64,000 nt of DNA from Octopus sinensis (Eukaryota), in the NCBI RefSeq assembly GCF_006345805.1, contig NC_043009.1:55924001-55988000 (forward strand), written 5' to 3'. The notes beneath the pieces are model-generated. The model was not told where the DNA came from, did not search any database, and saw nothing but the letters and a program-made list of their open reading frames with translations. This document shows positions 37,511-51,899 of this stretch, in pieces (position 1 is the stretch's first letter; each line of letters opens with the position of its first letter). Both the position numbers and the translations under genes were made by a program.

Positions 37511-38729
37511 GAAAATTGTGTGTGTGTGTGCTTGTGCGTCTGTTTATCCCCTCCCCCACATAGCTTGACAACCGATGCTGGTATATTTACGTCCCCGTAA
37601 CTTAGCGGTTCGGCAAAAATTACCGATAGTATAAGTACTAGGCTTACAAAGAATAAGTCTTGGGGTCGATTTGCTCGACTAAAGGCGGTGCTCCAGCATG
37701 GCCACAGTCAAATGACTGAAACAAGTAAAAGAGTAAAAGAGTAAAAGAGTTAAATATTCGTTTACTTCTTGATTATCTTCCTTATGTTAAATATCCTAAG
37801 AGTAAAATGAACACAAAGAAGTATCATTAATGTGCTAATATATCACCCAATTCTTCTCCGTATATAAAAAAAATAATAGAGAAAATGTTAAAGTTGCAGT
37901 AGAGTTGGGTTGGATCTTCATTGTTTGCTGGGGTGTACCTTCTTACAACGGTTTCGATTCATAAATACAAACGAGAAATGAATACTAGAAAATTGTGTTA
38001 AGGGAAGCTACTCTTATAAATATGAATAGAGACAATTAGAGTAGCTTCCCTTGAATAGCTATTACGCGCATTATTTTTTTTCCTTTTTTTTTTTGTCAAG
38101 GTTGAAAGAGTTTCTCATGGTCCTACAATATTCAAATAGCATTGAATAATGTAATACCAACAGTAAATTCGAAATGGAATGTTATTTTCGAGCAGTTCAT
38201 TATGTTTTACTACTTTAAGCACGTTTTTTATTCGATTCTCTATTCAAACGTATTTTCTCCAGCGAAGAGTTGGAGGAAACGCTTATTCATAAGTAGTTAT
38301 CTATATTTTTTTTCTTTTCTTCCTTTATTTGTTTCAGTCATTTGACTGTGGCCATGCTGGAGCACCGCCTTTAGTCGACTATTTGTTTCAGTCATTTGAC
38401 TGTGGCCATGCTGGAGCACCGCCTTTAGTCGACCAAATCGACCCCAGGACGTATTCTTTGTAAGCCTAGTACTTATTCTATCGGTCTCTTTTGGCGGACC
38501 GCTAAGTAACGGGGACGTAAACACACCAGCATCGGTTGTCAATCGATGTTGGGGGGGACAAACACAGATACACAAACATACAGACACACACACACACACA
38601 CACAAACACATGCGCGCGCGCGCGCACACACACACACACACATACATACATACATACATACATACATACATACATACATACATACATACATACATACATA
38701 CATACATACAGGCATATATACACAGTGTT

Positions 38730-39460
38730 TTCAAACAGAAAAATATCTACAATGAAAATTACGTTCATTTCATGAAGTTACTGTACATTGTTAATATTTC
38801 GTGTGGCTTCCCTTAGCTTGAATAATTGCTTCAATGGACTTAAAAAGAGACATGTACAAATCCTTCACCATTTTCACAAATATGGGATGACATTCTCTTT
38901 GGTTGAATTCCCACAACTCTTTAAGACTGCGTGGATTCTTCTGACGAACCTTTCTCTTTAGTTCTGTCCACATTTGCTCGATGATAGTTAAGTCAGGGCT
39001 CTCAGCTGGCCAATATTTCAATGCAATAACGCCTTCATCAGCCAGACTCTGTTGTGTTGCATGCAATCTGTGGCATGAGGCTCCGTCATGTTGAAAAATC
39101 TCACCTTCATCCAAGTCTGGTATCAAATTGTCCTTCAGCAGCTGGATGTACTTGGCACTATTCAAGTTACCGTCAACTTTCTTGAACCATCACTTTTTAT
39201 GTATCCCCAAAACATCAGACTCTTACTTCTGTTTGTGTCGTGTACCGTCGGTCGTTTCGCTTTCCTGGAGGCCTTCTGACAAATTCTCGCTTATTACTGT
39301 ACATGAAGTTCTTGGGTTTAAGGGTGTCGTGAAAGGCCTGGTTGGAAGACCAACCTTCTGAGTTCCTTTACAGGATTTAGAAAAAACTGAAGAACAGCTA
39401 CAATAAGCATGTTAATCTGAGACGGAAATATGTTGAATAAAATTATAATTTAATGACCCT
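38730..39460 (-). mobile_element. Internally deleted Tc1 (DD34E-type) transposon
   Basis: ORF 38791..39165 has FQHDGASCH...WPAESPDLTIIEQMW...IQAKGSHTKY. Confidence 0.88.
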
Positions 39461-40744
39461 CTTGTATTTTTTTTTGTTTTTTTTACTCAGAGCCAGGAAC
39501 TTCTTTTCGGCATCCTCTTGTATATGTGAATGACTTAATGTTGGTTTGCACTTATTATGTATCCACGTATGTGTGTATGAAAGTATATTTTTTTATGTAT
39601 GTATGTATGTATGTATGTATGTATGTATGTATAAAATCGGTCTTGTTATTTTTGTTTTGTACTTTTAGACGCTATAACTTAGCGTTTCAACAATTAAAGA
39701 TCGATGAAATTAGCACCAGGTTGGAATTCACTAAACTCTTGAAAGCGGTGCCACAGTATGGCCGTAATCCTGTGACTAAAACCAATAAATGAATACAAGA
39801 ATAAAGACACACTTATAATAAGATTCGCGAATATGCATTCAAGTGTGTTCATGTAAAGAGGAACAAACAAAGCATCGCTGGACTCGCTATCGTTGTCTTT
39901 TTCTTTGCAAACATCCATCTCACTTCAATAGTTTATCTATGAACAGTTTCATCATTTGGATTCACGAAATATTATGAGTGATTAATAATTTTATATGTAT
40001 AAGTTCTATCATCAAATCCGGCATATGAAGCCCAACCAGCGATCATACGTTACCATCTTCGACAGGCTGCATCGAACTGCAAACCATGGGATTCTATTTT
40101 GAAAAGATGTACTTCAGCTTCTATACTAGCTTAATACATCACTTCTTTAGGTCTTCGCTCCTTTTGGGGCCCAAACCATCGACGACTTTTCTTCCACAGT
40201 TATCGACACTGAGCTGTCTTTTCTACTCTCTCCTGTTGAATTTCTGCTCTCTCTTCTAACATTAATTCTGATTTTGCTGCACCGTGTCATACGTTTCCCA
40301 AAGGGGGAGGTTTTCTCTCCCATGTTGTGTTGGTTTTGAATTGTCATCAATTGCTTCTTCCTTTTTTTTTCTTCCTAAATAGGTGTTGTTGGCCCTACGC
40401 AAACTCATTTTTACCTCTGGGAAGCAGTGATGTATATCAGTCTGGCATTTGTATTTTGACTTGTTCAGCATGGTAAGTCGTACAAGAGTTTGGCTTCTCT
40501 GGCATAGCTGCCAGGGTCATTGAGGCGCACAAGCCTTCACACCGCAACAAGAACAAGATCATGTGTTGGTAACACATCACTTGCATTTACAATAAATATA
40601 TATATACAAGTGGACGCAGCATCATTCACACTGGATTAATTTTACTATCGTGGTCCTTTCGCTTTCATTTCTTTCGCGCTTTACTTTCACCTTTTGTTTC
40701 TTCATCCTTAAATAAGATTTAACCGATTATCCAGCATACCCTTC

Positions 40745-41375
40745 CTTTCTTTGAATTGGAAGGATGTGATGTGAAGAACATCTGACTGTTATTTCATAGC
40801 ATAGAAGCTCCCGCATTTGGTTGTTAGTAAACAATGTGTATGGTAACCATAGACTTCCAATTCATAAACATGTCAATCGTTAAAGAAGCCTGTTTTAAAG
40901 GTAAATATTATTATCATTAGATACTGTGACTATCATGTTCGGTGTAAACAAACATCAATGATTAACTTAAACATCATCTTCATGATAAACATAGACACTA
41001 TGTTAATAGTGTGAAATCGACAGAATCATTAGAGCAGCAGGCTAAGTGCCCAGTGTTATTTAACAAAGGACCTTTGTTTTGAGTTTAAATAGTCAAGTGC
41101 GCCTTTCATCTTTCAGGACTTGATAAAATACCATTCAAATATTGAAATCCATTTAACTGATTGGCCCTTCCCCACATATTTCTGCTCTTTAAATTGGAAG
41201 GATGTGATGTGAAGGACATCTGACTGTTACTTCATAGCAAAGAAGCTCCCACATTTGGTTGTTAGTAAACAATGTGCATGGTAACCATAGACTTCCAGTT
41301 CATAAATATGTCAATGATTAAACAAGCTTGTTTTAATGGTAAATATTATTGTCATTAGATACTGTGACAGTTATT
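40745..41375. repeat. Local direct duplication of ~185 bp (40750-40930 and 41190-41370)
   Basis: Two highly similar copies ~440 bp apart, separated by a degenerate SINE. Confidence 0.85.
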
Positions 41376-42396
41376 AGATACTGAGAGAAATAGACGATGC
41401 GTTAGCGGTTTATCGCCAGAATCGTTAGAGCGGTGAGTAAATTAACGGGCGTTTTTTTAGTTAACCCTTCACACTTTGAGTTCAAATTTCACTGAAGTCG
41501 ACAAACGCTTTTTTTCTTTTTTCGGGTCGATTAAATGATATCAATATATTCTTCAATCACCGCCTGAGGGGAAACCTTGCCGAGATTCGATCCACTAAAC
41601 TTTCGATTCACTTATAATGGATTTTATCTAGTTTTCCCCCTTTCTTATTGCTATCAGTTTTGTTATTAATTCCTCATTACATCAACTCTCGGGCCAGGTT
41701 TTCTGACCCCGGTGCAAAAGGTTGTTAGACTTTTCCGACTTCTGTCTCATTAAATCGTCTACTTAACACTTCAACATAAGCAGAGACAGAAAGTTCATTC
41801 CAACAGTTCGTGTCCCATTCCAACCAACTTACACAAGAAAGAAGATTTTTTTAGCCCTGGGTCGAATTAGCCTGGTTTAAGAAAACCACTTTCAAGACAA
41901 GGCTATACTTCATAACAGTCACCGCTTCCAAGCTTTCTCCACTGCTATCAACATGACAATAAAACAACTACAATAACCTACAGGGATTGTTTTAGAAATG
42001 AAAGAAATCTCGAACGTAGGAGGGTAGCAGTGAAAACTGCCTAGAGGACCGTGTAAAATAGCCGCTACAGAGAAGCGAACCCTGGATTTCCTATAGCGGC
42101 TTGTTGGTCACTTTCTTCTGTATACAAGGCAATTTTATCCGATTTCTTAAACTGTTTTCACAGCTAGTCTCCTGAGTGTGAGATTTCCATCATTTCTAAA
42201 ATATCAACTCACTCGGCACTTCAATGATCGTTTAAAAAAATACGCCTAAACTGACTACTTGGTATGTCCAGTTAATCAGCCAGTCATAAACATATCACGC
42301 ACGCATTCGACCGAATACTAATAGAAGTTTTCACGGCCATGCATTAGCGCATGTATTACTAATTTATATACATAAATACATACATACATACATACA

Positions 42397-42466
<70 letters not shown>

Positions 42467-42470
<4 letters not shown>

Positions 42471-43009
42471 TAATTAAGGGTTTAGCAACGATTTGCCTCA
42501 CCACACACCGAGTTTAGAAATAGCAGTCAAAGAGTTATGGTTATTCCTTCTACTTAAAAGGGAGATCTCAGTAAAACCACAGTACTTAAAAGGCAAACGC
42601 AGGCAAAAGAGAAAGAAATGACGACAATCATTCTATATTAAGTCACCTACGGACGTACGTTTCGAAATTAAGTCTTAGGAAAGCATAAAAATTAGATAAT
42701 TATGTCTTACCCAACTATTTTTCTCTTCAGCGTAGGACTCTACAAATATGAATAATTTTTATGTTTTCCTAAGAATATAAATAATTTTTATGCTTTCCTA
42801 AGACTTAATTTCGAAACATACGTCCGTAGGTGACTTAATATAGAATGATTGTCGTCATTTCTTTCTCTTTTGCCTGCGTTTGCCTTTTAAGTGCTGTGGT
42901 TTTACTGAGATCTCCCTTTTAAGTAGAAGGAATAGCCATAACTCTTTGACTGCTATTTCTAAACTCGGTGTGTGGTGAGGCAAATCGTTGCTAAACCCTT
43001 AATTACTTA
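42467..43009. mobile_element. Palindromic Penelope-like non-autonomous element carrying a hammerhead ribozyme
   Basis: Near-perfect ~235-bp inverted arms (TAAGTAATTAAGGG...CCCTTAATTACTTA). The hammerhead spans the left arm and the spacer. Confidence 0.8.
42646..42736 (-). ncRNA. Type I hammerhead ribozyme motif, intact core
   Basis: Reads CCUACG-CUGAAGA-GAAA(long stem II insert)UUUC-GAAAC-GUAC-GUC-CGUAGG. It has a 6-bp stem I, all core nucleotides, G10.1-C11.1 and a GUC triplet. Confidence 0.85.
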
Positions 43010-43110
43010 GTATTACTTAAACCTTCCTCGAATGGGGCTTTTACATGCCGAAATCTACTTGGTGAAATTAATGATTATTCCAAATTAATTAGTTTCACCC
43101 TATATTATTA

Positions 43111-43179
<69 letters not shown>

Positions 43180-43539
43180 GTAAATGTAATATGTGATAAT
43201 TATTCGGTAGCCATGATAAAACTCCGAGTTTCGGATGCCGAGGTCGAAATCTACGCCGCCATCTCTGCAGTTAAGTTATCCGCCCATAAGAAAACCGCTA
43301 TGGAAAATGACCGTTATACAAAGGGAAATTGCTGTGTGATTGGCCATTATTAAGACAAAAGAGCTATTCGAATGACCGCTAAGTAAGGTGAGGGGGTAAA
43401 AAGTTCATAGTATTCGCGTAAGCGCGCCTGTTCATAGCTACATATGTTCGCCCGCACATCCACGTGCGTGCGCATACATTCATCCACCCTCACTTGAAAA
43501 CGTACACATCCTCACTCGCATCCTTCGCCAAATGTATAT

Positions 43540-44640
43540 GCATATACATACAAACCCACCCACACACACGCGCACCGTAAAGGTTCATATACACGTATAC
43601 ATACGCACAGGGGCACTGAGGACAGTGCAGAGAATTCAGAAAGGGTTGGATGAGTCTAATGGGGATTATGAAGGTACGGCAACCCGGAAAACTCATTCTG
43701 ATCGGTTTGATAAGAAAATAATCCCTGAATTTGTTGGTGAGATCCAGGCTATGATTGACAAGTCAGCCAGGTCCATCGTCAGAGACATGGGAGTGTCTGA
43801 GTTTCTTATCGGGCAGGTAGTGCATGAAGACATTCGGTATTCCTCGTACAAGATGTGAAAGGGCCAATTTTTATCCCAAGCCACCAAGGACAAGAGGAAA
43901 GACCGCGCTACGAAACTTTAGAACAAACTCAAGCATCCCCTCCAACCGTACATGCTTTCTTTTTTTTTCAGACGTGAAAAATTTCTGCCAGAATGAGATG
44001 CTGGATACACAGAACAACCGTTGGTTTGCTGTGTCCCTAAAACATGTACCAAGAGTGATAAAAATCAAACATCCGGTCAACATCATGGTGTGTTTGGAGT
44101 GATCACTAGTGATGGCGACGTTATGCCTCCATTCATCTACCCACACAGCCTCAGACTCAACACAGAGGCCTACATCAAGTACCTGGAGGAGGTAGTGCTA
44201 TCCTGGGTCAAGAGTGTGGGTGCTGAAAGACCCTGTGTCTGGCAACAGGACTTTGCACCATGCCCCATAAGCTGGAGAACCCAATCATGGCTGTCAGACA
44301 ACTTCTGCCACCACATCACCTCTAACATCTGGCCACCTAACTCCCCAGACTAGAACCCCCTTTATTATTATGTGTGGGGTGCCGTTGAGCGATGGACCAA
44401 CAAAACTCCTTGTAACACCGAAGATGAACTGAAGGCAAAGATTATGGCAGCATTCACCTACTTAAACAAGGAGACCGTCCAGAAGAGCTGCAAGCGATTC
44501 TAAAGTCGTCTGGAGGCCGTAGTTGAAGCCAATAGCGATTTTATTGCAAAGATTTACTCTTCAGTATTTCAAGATATTTTTATGTAATTTAGGTAAAAAT
44601 ATCTGTCAAAATGAGATGTTAGTGTTAGTTTCATTTTTGC
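43540..44640 (+). mobile_element. Degenerate maT (DD37D) Tc1/mariner transposon
   Basis: Encodes FFSDVKNF...VMPPFI...WQQDFAP...WPPNSPD*NPLYYYVWG, with 37 residues between the second and third catalytic positions. Confidence 0.85.
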
Positions 44641-44925
44641 GTAGTTTAGACGTGTATGAGTATGCGTGCATTTGTATGAATAAGTATGTGTATGCATATG
44701 TGTATATATGTATGTAAGTATGTATGTATTGTATGCATGCATTTGTATGTATGCTTGTATACACACACACACATATATATATGCAGCAGTGCCCGTGTTA
44801 TAAGAAGCTTGATTCCCAACCACATAGTTCTGGGTTCAGTCCCACTGCGTGACACCCTCAACTATAGCCTCGGGCCGACCAAAGGCTTGTGAATGGATTT
44901 CAGTCAAGTGACTGAAATAAATAAA

Positions 44926-44959
<34 letters not shown>

Positions 44960-45058
44960 TTTTATTCTTACTTAACGCTCCATTGTATTCTTTACGTGAA
45001 ACCGATTGGTAAGAACAGCCGCGATGGATATTTAATAAAGTACTTTTCGGATAATGTG

Positions 45059-45118
<60 letters not shown>

Positions 45119-45182
45119 ATCGTCTGTATAAACATAAATCCGAAAAAAAGAAGCCCACTCTAAGTTATAGAGCAGTATATTT

Positions 45183-45443
45183 TAAAGTTAGATAAGGCCA
45201 GTTTATGGGATTACTTAGGTTTCACGTCCATAATGAACTTAGCTTTATGGTGTATCATCAGATCGCAAAACCCGTTGGTTTAAGGCCTCTCTAGCGAGTG
45301 GCCTGTCTAGAATATTCTAGAGAATACGCTAGAATATGCTAGAATATTCTAGAGAGGCCACTCACTAGCGGCGGATCTGGTACACCATAAAGCTAAGCCC
45401 TTTATGAACGTGAAACTTAATGTAATTCCACAAATCGGCCTTA
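45183..45443. mobile_element. Palindromic element with a TCTAGAATATTCTAGA core and hammerhead-like motifs in its arms
   Basis: TAAAGTTAGATAAGGCC ... GGCCTTATCTAACTTTA termini. Confidence 0.7.
45207..45266 (-). ncRNA. Hammerhead-like motif in the arm of a palindromic element
   Basis: Reads GAU-CUGAUGA-U-AC..CCAUAA..UUAUGG..GU-GAAAC-CUAA-GUA-AUC. Stems are short or imperfect. Confidence 0.55.
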
Positions 45444-45504
45444 TCTAACTTTAATTGGCGAATGTGTGGGTGAGCATGTGTGTGTTTCAAGTGAGGGTGG
45501 ATAA

Positions 45505-45567
<63 letters not shown>

Positions 45568-45839
45568 CGGATGTACTGAGTGTGCGGGCGCACATGTGTA
45601 TGTATGGACATGCGCGCTCACGCGATGACTATGACCTTTATTACTCCCTCCCCTTACTTAGCGGTCATTCTAATAGCTCTTTTGTCTTAATAACGGTCAA
45701 TCACACAGTAATTTCCATTCGTTTTAACGGTCATTTTCATAGCATTTTTTTCGATGGTCCGATAACGGAAGAGATGCCGGCGTGGGTTTCCGCCCCGACA
45801 TCCGAAACTTGGAGTTTTATCATGGTTACCGAATAACTG

Positions 45840-45878
<39 letters not shown>

Positions 45879-45879
45879 C

Positions 45880-47010
45880 ATATATAAGATAGAAGGAGAA
45901 ATAGCACTGCAGTAAATCAGTAAATCTAAAACATTTTTATGAAGGAATTTGATAAAAATTATTTTAAAAATTATATAAAGAAAATATTACCGGTTTCGAT
46001 AATAAATCCCATTTTATCAAATATCAGTTAAAATATATTTTAAAAAATTGAAGTAAAAACAGTTTATCATCTGTCTGGCGAGAGTGGTGGTCAAAAACAT
46101 GTCTGGTGATTCTTCGTTGAAGTCTTCTTTGAATGTAGTTTGGTAGAGAGTTCAAAGTGTTAGAGAATAAGAGAGGGGGTGTAGTTGTGTCGTGTCTAAA
46201 AGAAATCTTCGTGGGTTCCTGCCAAAGGAGTGGCTTAAAAGCATTAATTGAATGGGTTTTATGTTCACCTCTGTGTGTTTGTGTGTGTGTGTGTGTGTGT
46301 TTGTATGTATTGTGTTGAATGTCCTTTCAATATGTTTCAATCTTTTTTCTTATATATATACATGCCTGCACATACACACAAACACACACGCAAACATACA
46401 CACATACACAAAAAAGAAAACATCGCACAAACACACAAATATATACTCGCACACATACATACAACTGGTGACCAGACACATACACACAGGTGGAGACACA
46501 CAAAAGAATACATCTAACCCAAAGGAAAATGCTAATTCTTTCTTCAAAAAGACATTCATCACAACACACACACCCATCAACACCCAGCTGGTCACATTCC
46601 AAACATTGAAAGGACATTCAGCACAATACACACACACACACACAGGTGGACATAAAACCCATTCGATAAATGGTTTTTAGCCACTTCCTTCGCAAGACCC
46701 CACAAATATAACTTTTAGACAATAGACAACTAGACCACCTCTCTTACCCTCTAACATTTTGAACTCTATACCAAACTATATTTAAAGAAGACTTCGACGA
46801 AAAATCCCCACACATGTTTTTGTCCCCCACCGACAAGAAATAAACTGTTTTTACTTCAAATTTTAATAAAATTTTACTGATATTTGATAAGATGAGTTAA
46901 ATCGGTAATATTTTCTTTACATAATTTTTTAAATCATGTTTATCAAATTCCTTCTTAAATTGAAATGTCTTAGATTTACTTCTGTGCTATTTCCACCTCC
47001 ATCTTTTATA
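45880..47010. repeat. Old long inverted repeat (~450-bp arms), Penelope-like, with a degenerate hammerhead motif at 45981-46040 (-)
   Basis: 45881-46345 is the reverse complement of 46595-47010. The motif reads CTGATA..CGAAACCGGTA-ATATTTT. Confidence 0.65.
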
Positions 47011-47058
47011 TATAAAAATTTGATTTGTATAGATCTCTAATCTTTTTTAAGCTATCCA

Positions 47059-47131
<73 letters not shown>

Positions 47132-47553
47132 AAAAATAAGTTCAAAAAGAACAATTCAAACTATTTGAAGGATCCAAAAAGAGAGAAAAAATAATTTCCA
47201 GTAAAAAATTGATCATAAATATTTGTATTGTCTTTTGATACGTGCGTGTGTATTGAATTCAATTTTGTATTAAATTCAATTTTGATTTTAACATATTTTC
47301 TCCATTTTCATACATGTTTATACCTATAATAAAGTTTTAAAATTATATATATATATCTTTATACCTATAACGAATTTTAAAAATTATATATATATATATA
47401 TACATGCATGCATACATACATATATATATATCCATATCGATATATATGTGCATATTCATATTATATTCATGTATAAATATAATCATATATATAGACATAT
47501 ATGTACACATACAAATATACATACATGCATACATACATACATACATACATACA

Positions 47554-47619
<66 letters not shown>

Positions 47620-47807
47620 CATACATACGTATAAGATATGTACGTACGTACATATCTTATTTACCAATCCTCCAACATGTTCACATTTATTGTATTTCTA
47701 TTTGTATCCTCTCACTTATAGTCAAGTACTGTATCCTATTACCAAAATGTGTGGTCTTGTGCTTATGTAAAGAAATCAATATTAAACAATATTGTTGAGG
47801 TGAACAA

Positions 47808-47848
<41 letters not shown>

Positions 47849-48956
47849 GAGTAAACAAAATACTTGAAGCAACCAGAGACGTTTAGTTCAAGGAACGGAT
47901 GTGGAGGCGTCTGCGCCGTAATAGAAGTCACTTAGAGACATGGCTTAATAATTCAACAACGCATAAGCATACATTCATATATGCACATGTAAATGACACA
48001 CACGCACGCACACACATATCTATATATATACGTATGTATGTGTGTATATACATATATATATATGTACGTGTATATATATATATAAACAGGTACACACACA
48101 AACATAGAGACTCACATACACACATACAAAAAAAGAATATACGGACATACATTAATATTTCATTCTCACACATTTATATACAAACGAGAAGATATATACC
48201 GGACATGCGTGCACACAAGTGTGTGGGGGGGGGCGTGTTGGTTTCCGGTAGTCTCAACCTGTATTGTGCCACTGGTGTTAGAACTGATTTCGCAGAAAAG
48301 TGGATTCGGTGATGCGCAACACTTTATCCAAAGCAAACTGACGCACAGGAACTGCCTGGACTCTCGGAACGTTTGCATGGAGTTACTAAGTTGAAGAAGT
48401 GGTCACATTTAGTCATGTGTTGTCTGCCACCACCATATACGTCAAATCGCTCTGAGTGCTTCAGATAACAAGTAATCCAATATAACTCGATGGATAGTTG
48501 GGCGATTTGACTGGTAACATCGCCAAGCCTTCACCGTGGGTAAGATGGTTTTGGAAGATGAAAAAATAAAGGGTGGATGAACTCAGAAGCATCAACGGCC
48601 ATCTAAGTGCATGATATCAGCGCTGGGTTGACCATTAAGCTAAATAAGCAAGTGCTTAGGGCATTAAAAGACGTGGGGCGGGAGCACCACAGAAATTGTA
48701 AATGGTTTACGGTACAAAAGAAATCGTTTTAAACATATTAAAATAATATTCGAAGTGGTTTATATGATCGGGGATATAATTCCGATGTTCTTATGGTGTC
48801 ATAGAGAGGATCTGATCAAATACTTTGCAATTAAAAAAAAAGCAGGAGAAAAAATTTCAAATATAAATAAAATGGAAGAATACAAAATAAACACTATTTT
48901 CCATCTTACTGTTAGTTTTGTTTCATTTTGAATACTAAAAATTTATTTTATGATTT

Positions 48957-49325
48957 GTGGTAAGTAGCTTGCTTACCAACCACATGGTTCCGGGTTCAGT
49001 TCCACTGCGTGGCACCTTGGGCAAGTGTCTTCTACTATAGCCTTGTAAGTGGATTTGGTAGACGGAAACTGAAAGAAGCTTGTCGTATATATATATATAT
49101 ATATACATGTGTATGTGTGTTTGTGTATGTGTGTTTGTCCCACCAACATCGCTTGACAACCGATGCTGGCGTGTTTACGTCCCCGTAACTTAGCGGTTCG
49201 GCAAAAGAGACCGATAGAATAAGTACTAGGCTTACAAAGAATAAGTCCTGGGGTCGATTTGCTCGTTTTACATGTTTCAGTCATTTTACTGCAGCATGGT
49301 CGCAGTCAAATGACTGAAACACGTA
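48957..49325 (+). mobile_element. SINE family 2
   Basis: Matches the family 2 consensus, with an internal deletion. Confidence 0.85.
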
Positions 49326-49373
<48 letters not shown>

Positions 49374-50035
49374 TATATTTTGAATTACATATATTTGTGG
49401 GGCACTAAAATCTTTTAAAGTGCTTAGGGCTTCTGGTTTGATACCTAACTGCGCATTTAGTCTTCCAGGATGGATTGAACTCTAAGCCAACTAACCAAGG
49501 AAATGGAGAATTCTAATAGAAAAGCCTGAGATATGTTATTCATTATGCTTGTGACAAACATCTGCACTAGCTCTCTGCTGTTATCAACACTTCAATAAGC
49601 GTGGTTGGTCCTACTCAAGCCTTCATTACTGAAAACTAATCATTTGTGTGAGTAGTCTAACGGCTATAACATTTCTTTCTTTATTTTGGTACTACGGCCA
49701 TGACATAGAGGGGATAACGGCTATAACATTGGCTGTTAGATCTTCAGGCGTCGGAGTCGACAGAAGAGTCAATTATGTGGATGGGTGGACATAATAAGCT
49801 TCATATTAAATCATACGGACGCGAAAGTGTTGTATTCACGCCCGCACACACACGCACACACACACACACACACACACACTAGAAATAACTTAATTTTCTT
49901 AAGTCGTTTATTTTTCCTCAACCGATCAATGGGCCGTTTGAGCAAACCTATCAACAACGATTCTACTGGAGACAGCTGTAAGTTAAAGAAAAATATGTAA
50001 CGACCATTATCTATGCCTTGTCTTATATATGTATA

Positions 50036-50529
<494 letters not shown>

Positions 50530-50758
50530 AGAAACCATGGCGACTGAAGAAGGGGATTTTTTCTTGTGTTATTTGTCCTGTACTCCATTTTTTTGTTGTT
50601 TAAGAAAAATGTCCAGTTCCTTGGTTTTGTGTTTATGTTTTTCGTTTCTCCGTGTTCGACGTTTTTTTGATGTCCTGTACCCATATATGCGTGCATATAT
50701 ACATGTAGAGGTAGGTACGTACATATATGTATATATATATGCATATGTTTTATTTATT

Positions 50759-50825
<67 letters not shown>

Positions 50826-51037
50826 GCCGAATATCCGAACCACTAAACCACACACCTTAGTGTTGTGGGTACGAGTGAGTAGACAAACAAAAAAAGGCAC
50901 TCAACACATGTAGTAGGAGTTACATGTCTTATTCTTTAAAAGAGTTTAATTCGACTCCATGCGACTTAAAGTTTCGCGGGCTTCTAACAGAAACCAGCGA
51001 AACATTAAGTTGAATGCAGCTGAATCGAACTGTTTTA

Positions 51038-51106
<69 letters not shown>

Positions 51107-51107
<1 letters not shown>

Positions 51108-51378
51108 TTTGGGAAGTTAAGCAGTTGTGGTCGATGAAAAAGGTAGCAGTAGTACCAATAATTGTCAGAGCCCTGGGAACAGTGAGTAAAAATCTCGAGG
51201 AGTACGTGGAACAAATAGGGGCTGCATTAAGGTTGGAGCTAATGTAGAAAACGGCACTGCCTGGAACCGCTCGAAGACTCCGGGAGGTGCTCGAAAAATA
51301 AGAGGTGTTACCTTTGTTCACTGGCAGTGAACAGTTGACTCTGTAGTACATCTCCAGCGTTAGAAGCTGTGCAAAGGC

Positions 51379-51381
<3 letters not shown>
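51107..51381 (+). mobile_element. 5'-truncated R4/Dong-type LINE 3' end
   Basis: Encodes WEVKQLWSMKKVAVVPIIVRALGTVSKNLEEY...GTARRLREVL*. Flanked by (AAT)n on both sides. Confidence 0.8.
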
Positions 51382-51438
<57 letters not shown>

Positions 51439-51585
51439 CCTTTTCTACAAAGAGAAATTTGCGGGAGGGAACTAGTCGATTACATTGATCCCAGTATTCA
51501 AATGGTGCTTAATTTATCGAAACCAAAAGGATGAAAGTCGACCTCGGCAGAATTTGAACTCAGAACGTAGCTCGCCAGCATGCCA

Positions 51586-51659
<74 letters not shown>

Positions 51660-51668
<9 letters not shown>

Positions 51669-51827
51669 CCGAAATTGCAAGGATGATCCGGTTCTTGACT
51701 GAAGATAAAAGGCTTCGAATGACCCGTCCGTGTTTTCTGGTATCGTCTATCTGGCTATCTGGATGTTTTGTTGTCCCCTTTTGTATCACCTATTTGTCCG
51801 GATGTTTTGCGTTCTTGTTCCATTTTG

Positions 51828-51899
<72 letters not shown>

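Larger units (their letters stand above)
43190..45845. repeat. Inverted repeat pair (43190-43530 and 45445-45845), each with a degenerate hammerhead-like motif (43215-43275 -, 45761-45821 +)
   Basis: The arms align as reverse complements. The motif reads GATAA-C(T/G)G(C/A)AGA-GATG..CATC-C-GAAAC-T(C/T)GGAG-TT-TTATC. Confidence 0.7.

Noticed and set aside
37915-37950. Weak similarity to the DHDH promoter block (TTGTTTGCTGGGGTGT)
   Set aside because: It is too short, has no TATA, and is on the wrong strand for remnant C.
51696-51740. CTGAAGA...GAA motif as a hammerhead (also 62287 and 63006)
   Set aside because: Stem I and the A15.1 position cannot be formed in type I, II or III topology.
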